DNA of 64,000 bases, taken from contig LFCO01000001.1 in assembly GCA_001189165.1 (NCBI GenBank), positions 156,848 to 220,847 on the forward strand, given 5' to 3'. The notes beneath the pieces were generated by a model. The model was not told the origin of the DNA and searched no databases. It worked only from the letters and a program-made list of their open reading frames with translations. Within the stretch, counting starts at the first letter, position 1; each line of letters opens with the position of its first letter. This document shows, piece by piece, positions 57,570-64,000 of the stretch. Source of the DNA: Parcubacteria bacterium C7867-005 (GTDB taxonomy: Bacteria; Patescibacteriota; Minisyncoccia; Phycocordibacterales; Zambryskibacteraceae). The position numbers were made by a program, and so were the translations under genes.

Positions 57570-60181
57570 ATGTCAAATAAATTAAAGAATCTATCTACGA
57601 AGGATGGTTTCTTGAGCCCCGCCTTAGTATGAACCTGATCTTTTTCCAGAACCCTCACATTAGCAATAAATTTTTCAACTTTATTTCCATAAACATCTTC
57701 TGCCAAAATACTTAGACGTGACACACCTAATTCATAGAAAGAAAGAGTGGCAGTCCTCAGACCAGAGTCTCTGTCCAGGGTCAAGTCCACCAGCCTATCA
57801 TTTACCTTAAAGACAATCTTTTTTGGATCACCGGCGATAGCAATCCTAAATAATGCCGTACTACTCGCTTCCATATTAAAGAAGCCTTCTTGATCTGGAT
57901 ATAAAATCTGATCATTTAAATCTAGAATGAAACTTCCAATCATAGGAGGTGTTGCGTCTACTATGAATTTTTTGGTGAGCGTTTTTGAAATATTATTTGC
58001 ACGATCTATCGCACGAGCAGACAACGTGTGCTCACCGTCTACAAGGCTGTTTTTATGATCAATTCTAAATCTGGAGTATTTTTCACCGACCGGACCACTG
58101 ATCAATGCCTCAAACCAAGCTGAATCGTCAATCTTGTACTCAATTATTTTTATCCCTGAAAAATTATCCCTACCCTCCCCCTCCAGACTAACTATTCTGG
58201 TTTTGGATATAACAACAGGAGCAAGCTGGGAGAAGAAATCGGAAGCAAGTATTGGAGACTGGTCGTCAAAAACTATTTTGAGGCCCTGAGCATTGGTCAC
58301 AATTTTACCACTTTCGGAAATTCCTCTGAGCACTATTTCAAGAGCGCCGGTTTTTAAATCAGCAAAAACCAAATCAAATCTTTCAAAAGCAGAGCCCCAC
58401 CGCCCATCTTCTGGTAAGATTGCCTTCCATGTTTTTTCATTATCCAAGCTTAGCTCCATTTTTACTAAAAGATCTTTTTTACTCCTGACCATACCGCTTA
58501 TCGTCTTAGATTTTGAAGAGGTAAATAGGCTATCGCTTTCTTCCAAAATAATAGCCGGGAGATCATTGGTTATGGTTATGGGGTGGCTTACAACATCTGA
58601 ACCCAGTGAACCGTCAGACACTGAAACTTTTATCAAGTAATTCGAACTGTCCCTGGCTCTTGTCGAATCCCAGACAAAATGCGATTCTTTGGTGTTCTGA
58701 TGAAGTGGTGACCAGCTTGATCCACTGTCGTCACTCAGCTCTATTTTATATGTGAGCGGATCATCGTTTATATCGTTTGCCTTCCATGAAATATTTATCA
58801 AGCCATTCAGCTTCAATGCACGGCTTTTTGGCTCAACCAAGGAAATAGTAGGTGGACTATTCACAAAGATGACTATCTGGGACGGCTCTGATAGGGCACC
58901 GAGCTCATCAACACTCACTAAACTTATCACGTTTCTACCCTTATCGAATTTCGGATTGAGGGCTATATCTTTCAAGCTAAATAATCCATCACTTTTTATA
59001 TTTTTTATGCGGTACTCTTTGGTATTGTTTACTTTGATAATTATTTCTTTGGCATTCACCGCCTTACCCGAAATAGATTCAAGAGTTGTGCTGGAAGTTT
59101 TTAGTCCATCCTTTGGTATATCCACTGTTGGTCTCGAAGGGGGGTCGAAACCGACAACGAAACCATCTCTATTCTCTACAATGTTCTTATTACCCGCCAA
59201 ATCTACCCCCTCTACATATACCTCAACCGGACCATCAAACCCCTTGATTGGGCTATACTGGCCGACAAAAATCCTTTTTGGAGCACCGAATCCAAAAGTA
59301 ACATCTATTGGTTCATGACGGAGTTGAGAAACTTTAAAAACAGGTGCGTAAATCAAGGATTCTGAACTCTCGATTTTGATTTGAACCGGCTCTCCCCTTG
59401 AAAAGCTGGGTGAGTATGTAGTTATAAAAGTTGGAGGAGTATTGTCTATGGTAATTGGGCCGTCTATATATTCACTGAAAGCACCGTCAGTATCAACTAC
59501 GTGAGCTTTTATCCTGTAATCCGAGCCATCTGGGAATTTCTTGGTGTCCCAATAAAAAGTACCTGTGGCCCTCAGGTTTTTTGCTAATTCAGAATATAGA
59601 TCATTGGATTTGGCATAAAACAAACTAACTGAATCTGTATCCAGTTGCCCTCCTTCTGATTCGTTATTACTTAAGTCATTCTTGTCTTCAGCTACATATT
59701 CTACTGGGACCAACCCAGAGATAAATACCCTACCAAAACTTTTGAAAAATTTTATAGTTGGTTCAAAATTAGTATAAGTACTATTTGATCCTCCACCACC
59801 GCCGCTACTAGCAGCCTGGCATTCTCCACCCAGTGGGTCAACGAAACAAACACTATCATTTGAGTCAACCCAATAATCAACCCCAGGATCTCCCGTTAGG
59901 TTGTAGCACTCTGTCATGTTTAGTGGTCCACAGAGATTGTCATCCGGATTCAACAAAACTCTAAAGTGAAGACCCTCAAAGCCCTGGCCGCTATAAACGT
60001 ATGGTGAACCACTCTGACCAGCCCAATATGATCCCTCACTACTAACTAAATAACCGAATGCGACACCTGGTTCTGTCAGTATAGGAGTAATGGACCCATC
60101 CTCATTATCAACAAGAGTCACACTTGCGAAAGCTGGGGTAACCCAAAAAATAAATAGGAATATTAAAAATAGTTTTTTCAT
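57566..60181 (-). CDS. large secreted cell-surface protein with Cys-rich N-terminal region and multiple Ig-like/beta-sandwich repeats
   Basis: Signal peptide MKKLFLIFLFIFWVTPAFA; Cys pairs (LCGPLNMTECYNL...SVCFVDPLGGECQ); Gly-rich linker; repeated beta-strand-rich segments of about 90-100 aa; 4-nt overlap with the downstream redoxin-like gene. Confidence 0.65.
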   Translation of the reverse strand: MKKLFLIFLFIFWVTPAFASVTLVDNEDGSITPILTEPGVAFGYLVSSEGSYWAGQSGSPYVYSGQGFEGLHFRVLLNPDDNLCGPLNMTECYNLTGDPGVDYWVDSNDSVCFVDPLGGECQAASSGGGGGSNSTYTNFEPTIKFFKSFGRVFISGLVPVEYVAEDKNDLSNNESEGGQLDTDSVSLFYAKSNDLYSELAKNLRATGTFYWDTKKFPDGSDYRIKAHVVDTDGAFSEYIDGPITIDNTPPTFITTYSPSFSRGEPVQIKIESSESLIYAPVFKVSQLRHEPIDVTFGFGAPKRIFVGQYSPIKGFDGPVEVYVEGVDLAGNKNIVENRDGFVVGFDPPSRPTVDIPKDGLKTSSTTLESISGKAVNAKEIIIKVNNTKEYRIKNIKSDGLFSLKDIALNPKFDKGRNVISLVSVDELGALSEPSQIVIFVNSPPTISLVEPKSRALKLNGLINISWKANDINDDPLTYKIELSDDSGSSWSPLHQNTKESHFVWDSTRARDSSNYLIKVSVSDGSLGSDVVSHPITITNDLPAIILEESDSLFTSSKSKTISGMVRSKKDLLVKMELSLDNEKTWKAILPEDGRWGSAFERFDLVFADLKTGALEIVLRGISESGKIVTNAQGLKIVFDDQSPILASDFFSQLAPVVISKTRIVSLEGEGRDNFSGIKIIEYKIDDSAWFEALISGPVGEKYSRFRIDHKNSLVDGEHTLSARAIDRANNISKTLTKKFIVDATPPMIGSFILDLNDQILYPDQEGFFNMEASSTALFRIAIAGDPKKIVFKVNDRLVDLTLDRDSGLRTATLSFYELGVSRLSILAEDVYGNKVEKFIANVRVLEKDQVHTKAGLKKPSFVDRFFNLFDI

Positions 60182-60239
60182 CGTCTCTGACTATTGTACG
60201 ACACCAACAAATATGGTGCAATTTATCACCTGAAAGATT

Positions 60240-60992
60240 TTAGGCGGGCAGACTGAAATCCCCTACTCTGGTGCGTTTAATCCAAAAAGTAGCTGCTCCT
60301 ATTTCGAAAAATTTACCCATCTCATTCACCAAACCCCGAATATACGTGCCACTAGAAACACTGGCAGTAAATGAAGAGATGAGGAAATGCTCTTCTCTAG
60401 AATTTTCTAGGGCATGTCTCCAAGATCCAGATATTTCTTCTTGTCTGAAATCACCTTTCACTAAATTTAATTTATGTTTTATTTGTTCACTTAAATCTGC
60501 TTTTGAAACAAGGCGTGTATCCTGATGGCTTAAATCAAAGATTTTTATTCCTTTTTGTGGTACATCAATTTCTTCCATCTTGTTTTCCCTGGCCCACTGA
60601 AACAGGGGTTTTCCTCCAACAGTCCTCGATGAGTACGGTGGATATACTTGAACCTTTTTATTCTTTATCTCATCTAATAATCTCTGCATTTTTTCTTCAA
60701 TCTTCTTTGGCATCTCCCCACTACCAGAGACCACTCTGCCCAACACGTCATAAGTATCCGTACTGAAACCCCATAGAACATCGAATTCATAGGTTTTGTC
60801 CTGTAGAAGATACTTATCCTTACCCCTGGTATCACCAGAGAGAACGAGCAAGAGTCCTTCGGCTAGTGGGTCTAGGCGCCCAAGATAGGTCATTTTCTTT
60901 GACTTGTATTCTGGGTTTGCATCCTTAAACCGAAGAATGCATTCAAGGGGTGTTTCCCCCAGGTTTTTATAGAGTTTTAGTAACTCGGGCAT
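60240..60992 (-). CDS. truB: tRNA pseudouridine(55) synthase TruB-like
   Basis: GRLDPLAEGLLLVL (catalytic Asp motif), YPPYSSRTVGGKPLFQWAR; TATTAT -10 6 nt upstream of ATG with no SD, so possibly leaderless. Confidence 0.75.
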   Translation of the reverse strand: MPELLKLYKNLGETPLECILRFKDANPEYKSKKMTYLGRLDPLAEGLLLVLSGDTRGKDKYLLQDKTYEFDVLWGFSTDTYDVLGRVVSGSGEMPKKIEEKMQRLLDEIKNKKVQVYPPYSSRTVGGKPLFQWARENKMEEIDVPQKGIKIFDLSHQDTRLVSKADLSEQIKHKLNLVKGDFRQEEISGSWRHALENSREEHFLISSFTASVSSGTYIRGLVNEMGKFFEIGAATFWIKRTRVGDFSLPA

Positions 60993-61009
60993 TCCTGTAT
61001 AATACAGCC

Positions 61010-62095
61010 ATGTCCAAGCTTGATACTAGCCCTTATAAGGGAGTCCGCGACTTCTATCCAGAAGATCAGTTCATTCAGAGCTATATTTTTGACACCTGGA
61101 GAAAGAGCGTAGAAAATTTTGGCTACGAAGAATATGAAGCCTCAGTGCTAGAACCATCAGAAATCTATAAGGAAAAATCTGGAGAAGAAATAGTAAACGA
61201 GCAAACCTTCACTTTTAAAGATAGGGGTGGCAGAGAAGTTACCCTTCGACCAGAGATGACCCCGACTGTAGCCCGCATGGTTGCTGCACGTCGTAGGCAG
61301 CTTGGTTTTCCACTGCGCTGGTATTCGATTCCTAACCTATTTCGATATGAAGCTACACAGAGAGGTAGACTGCGTGAACACTGGCAATTAAACGTTGATT
61401 TGTTTGGAGTTTCTGGGTACGAAGCGGATGTAGAGCTAATCGTTTTGGCTGATAAAATTTTAAAGAAATTTGGAGCAAAAGAGAACGACTATGAAATAAG
61501 ATTAAACGCGACTGGAGCAATTACATTAGAAATGCTCGGTGACTTTATTGAGAAAGAACTTAAACCAAGAGGTGTTGCCAATGCTCTCATTGATGAGAAA
61601 CTAGCTCGTGGACAGGCATACTACAATGGTATTGTTTTTGAATTTTTTGATACGAACCCCCAAAACCCAAGATCTATCCTCGGTGGAGGAAGATACGACA
61701 ACCTCACCGAACTTTTTGGAGAATCAAATATACCGGTTGTTGGTTTTGGCGCGGGGGATGTAACAATTAAGGACTTTCTTGAAACACACAAACTTCTTCC
61801 CATTTACAATCCAAAAACAGAAATCTATGTGATACCAGCACCTGAAAGTGAAAAATCAATTGAAGAAATAAGCTCCATTGTTGAGTCAATTAGAAATTCA
61901 AATGTTAACGTCGCTATCGATTGGTCATACAAAACTATTGGAGATCAAAAGAAAAATGCACTTAAACTGAAAATTCCATTTCTACTTGTCATTCGCGAAA
62001 ATCATATTAGGTCTGGAATATTTGAAATTGAAAACTTAATCACGGGTGTAAAGAAAGAAGTTTCGTTAGAGGAAATACCTGGATGCGTAAAATAG
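61010..62095 (+). CDS. hisS: histidyl-tRNA synthetase (compact)
   Basis: Class-II motifs EVTLRPEMTPTVARMV, RWYSIPNLFRYEATQRGRLREHWQLNVDLFG, GGGRYDNL; start at ATG 61010 (MSKLDTSPYKGVRDFYP) preceded by TATAAT at 60998-61003. Confidence 0.88.
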   Translation: MSKLDTSPYKGVRDFYPEDQFIQSYIFDTWRKSVENFGYEEYEASVLEPSEIYKEKSGEEIVNEQTFTFKDRGGREVTLRPEMTPTVARMVAARRRQLGFPLRWYSIPNLFRYEATQRGRLREHWQLNVDLFGVSGYEADVELIVLADKILKKFGAKENDYEIRLNATGAITLEMLGDFIEKELKPRGVANALIDEKLARGQAYYNGIVFEFFDTNPQNPRSILGGGRYDNLTELFGESNIPVVGFGAGDVTIKDFLETHKLLPIYNPKTEIYVIPAPESEKSIEEISSIVESIRNSNVNVAIDWSYKTIGDQKKNALKLKIPFLLVIRENHIRSGIFEIENLITGVKKEVSLEEIPGCVK

Positions 62096-62658
62096 TATTC
62101 GACATAGAAACAAGAAACGTCTTTGCAGATGTGGGTAAAAATGACCCATCTCTATTGGATATTGCCCTTGTAGCCATACATGATTCTGAAACGGATGAGT
62201 ATACATCATACCTACAAGAGGATCTGCCCCTGCTTTGGCCTATAATCGAGCGAGCAGACATCCTCATCGGGTTTAACTCTGATCATTTTGATATCCCACT
62301 TTTGAATAAATACTATCCTGGTGACCTAACTAAAATAAAATCACTCGACATATTGAAAGAAATTCAAAAATCATACGGACGCAGAATGAAACTTGACCAA
62401 TTGGCAGAAGGAACACTGGGTAAAAATAAATCTGGGCATGGATTGGATGCGATAACTTGGTGGAAGCAGGGTGATATAGCGAAGATCAAGCAGTACTGTA
62501 TTGATGATGTAAAAATAACCAAAGAAATATACGAATACGCCCGATCGAACAACAAACTAATTTTTAAAGAAGGAGGCAAGCTGAACGAAATCAAGCTAGA
62601 CACGACATCCTGGGAAGAACCAAGTGAAAATAAACTAACCTTCACTCTCCCATTCTAA
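62083..62658 (+). CDS. DEDD-family 3'-5' exonuclease (RNase H-like fold)
   Basis: IVFDIETRNV (Exo I), IGFNSDHFDIPLL (Exo II), YCIDDVKITKEIY (Exo III, Y-type). Confidence 0.7.
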   Translation: MRKIVFDIETRNVFADVGKNDPSLLDIALVAIHDSETDEYTSYLQEDLPLLWPIIERADILIGFNSDHFDIPLLNKYYPGDLTKIKSLDILKEIQKSYGRRMKLDQLAEGTLGKNKSGHGLDAITWWKQGDIAKIKQYCIDDVKITKEIYEYARSNNKLIFKEGGKLNEIKLDTTSWEEPSENKLTFTLPF

Positions 62659-63411
62659 CTAGACGAAAACCAGAATCAGCAGAGCGAGCACGATCCTGTA
62701 CCAAATAAAGATAGTTAGTTTGTTATTCTTTAAGAATCTAATGAGGAAATGTATGGCCACGAGACCGGTCAGAAAAGCAACCAATGAGCCTATCCACAAA
62801 TATGGGTCAACCCCTCCAGAAATACCATCTTTATGAAGGTCAAAAAATTTCTTTAAACCAGAGCCAAGGATAATGGGAATCGACAATATAAAACTAAACC
62901 GAGTGGCCATCTCTCTCGTCAAACCAGAGAACAAACCACCGGAAATAGTAGCACCCGAACGAGAAATTCCTGGTATCAGAGCCAGAGCCTGAAAAAATCC
63001 AATAACAAGCCCCCGCTTCGGAGTAAGTATTTGGTCTTGTTTGGCAAACCTTTCGGCAAAATACATAATCAAAGATCCAAGTAAAAACATCCAAGCGACC
63101 AGGTGGATATTCCTGAATGTCGTTTCCATGCTGTCTTCAAGTAAAAAACCCAAGAACACAGCTGGTAATGTGCCGAAAACAACTGCCCAGAACATCGTTC
63201 TGTTTTTTGGCAAGGCTACAAGATCCTTAAAAAAATAAAATATAAGGGCTAGTATGGTTGCAAGCTGGAACACGGCATCTACAGTTAATGCATTAGGAAT
63301 ATTTATCCCCATTAGATCTCTGACTATTATCAAATGACCAGATGACGACACGGGCAAAAACTCTGTGAGACCCTGAACTAGACCCAAAACTATAGCTTCG
63401 AATGCCGACAT
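62659..63411 (-). CDS. uppP: undecaprenyl-diphosphatase
   Basis: LGLVQGLTEFLPVSSSGHL and PGISRSGATISGGL signature motifs; 8 TM. Confidence 0.92.
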   Translation of the reverse strand: MSAFEAIVLGLVQGLTEFLPVSSSGHLIIVRDLMGINIPNALTVDAVFQLATILALIFYFFKDLVALPKNRTMFWAVVFGTLPAVFLGFLLEDSMETTFRNIHLVAWMFLLGSLIMYFAERFAKQDQILTPKRGLVIGFFQALALIPGISRSGATISGGLFSGLTREMATRFSFILSIPIILGSGLKKFFDLHKDGISGGVDPYLWIGSLVAFLTGLVAIHFLIRFLKNNKLTIFIWYRIVLALLILVFV

Positions 63412-63467
63412 AAAAACATAATAACACGTCGTGTTATACTCATAGAACCTTAGAATAAAATAAAATT

Positions 63468-64000
63468 ATGGATACAAACACCAAAGAAACCAATCAGATG
63501 ATTCCCCTCTCAATCTTGGCTGCGGGAGCGCTTATCGCTCTCTCTATCTTCTTTAGTGGGTCTACTGGATTACCACAAAACAACAAGGATGGGACGCCCC
63601 TGGCTACAGTCAGTGGCAAGATCGAAGAAGTGACAGACAAAGATCATATCCTTGGTTCTGTCGATGCTGATGTTGTGATAGTCGAATATTCTGATTTTGA
63701 ATGTCCTTTCTGCAAAGTTTTCCACAACACCATGCACGACATAGTTAGATCATACGATGAAGGAAGGGTGGCTTGGGTCTATAGGCAGTTCCCCATCGCC
63801 CAGCTCCATTCCAAGGCTGCCAAAGAAGCTGAAGCAACCGAATGTGCTGCAAGTTTAGGCGGCAACGGTGCCTTCTGGAAAATGGCTGACCTTATCTTTA
63901 GTACCACAAATTCAAATGACTCGCTGGATCTATCCAAACTACCAGCTATGGCTGGCTCAATCGGATTGGATTCGAATGCATTCAACGAGTGTCTTACGAG
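63468..64000 (+). CDS. DsbA-like thioredoxin-domain protein (partial, continues beyond window end)
   Basis: Hand translation MDTNTKETNQMIPLSILAAGALIALSIFF (signal anchor) ... DADVVIVEYSDFECPFCKVFH (CPFC active site). Confidence 0.7.
   Translation, partial: MDTNTKETNQMIPLSILAAGALIALSIFFSGSTGLPQNNKDGTPLATVSGKIEEVTDKDHILGSVDADVVIVEYSDFECPFCKVFHNTMHDIVRSYDEGRVAWVYRQFPIAQLHSKAAKEAEATECAASLGGNGAFWKMADLIFSTTNSNDSLDLSKLPAMAGSIGLDSNAFNECLT

Noticed and set aside
1-64000. CRISPR arrays, rRNA genes, transposases/IS elements, integron attC arrays
   Set aside because: No arrays of direct repeats with spacers, no rRNA-like conserved stretches, no transposase/integrase-like ORFs. The cassette hairpins are short (7-10 bp stems) with T-runs, typical of terminators and not of 60-140-bp attC sites.

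Overview
This 64-kb window comes from a low-GC bacterial genome, roughly 38-42% GC by eye. Most genes are small housekeeping genes on the minus strand. They include a ribosomal infA-rpmJ-rpsM-rpsK-rpsD-rpoA block; alaS, leuS and hisS; mnmA, tgt and truB; ddl, mltG and uppP; uvrC-uvrA-uvrB; mreB; priA-def-fmt; hpf; ychF; and typA. The aminoacyl-tRNA synthetases are shortened, there is little biosynthesis, and many products are secreted or surface proteins. From this I infer a reduced genome of the Patescibacteria/CPR type, but that is not proven.

Accessory content includes:
- a csoR-copA copper-resistance operon with a textbook CsoR operator;
- a signal-transduction island made of a histidine kinase, two receiver-only response regulators and several sensor modules that lack output domains;
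- a UDG / Cas4-like nuclease / MgtC / ATP-cone-Mrr cluster;
- two tRNAs, Ala-UGC and Asn-GUU.

The most striking pattern is ten short, GC-rich genes (about 55-60% GC, strong GC3 bias). Eight lie on the plus strand and two on the minus strand. Each is inserted in an intergenic gap between conserved host genes. Each has its own sigma70-like promoter, a GGAGG-type Shine-Dalgarno and a rho-independent terminator. One encodes a 42-aa Arg/Ser-rich peptide ending in CRCCGHC. Four of them fill consecutive gaps in the uvrC|uvrA|uvrB|tgt|mreB stretch. I cannot assign a function to any of them. The compositional contrast suggests acquisition from a high-GC donor or a dispersed cassette family.

No CRISPR array, rRNA or obvious transposase was seen.
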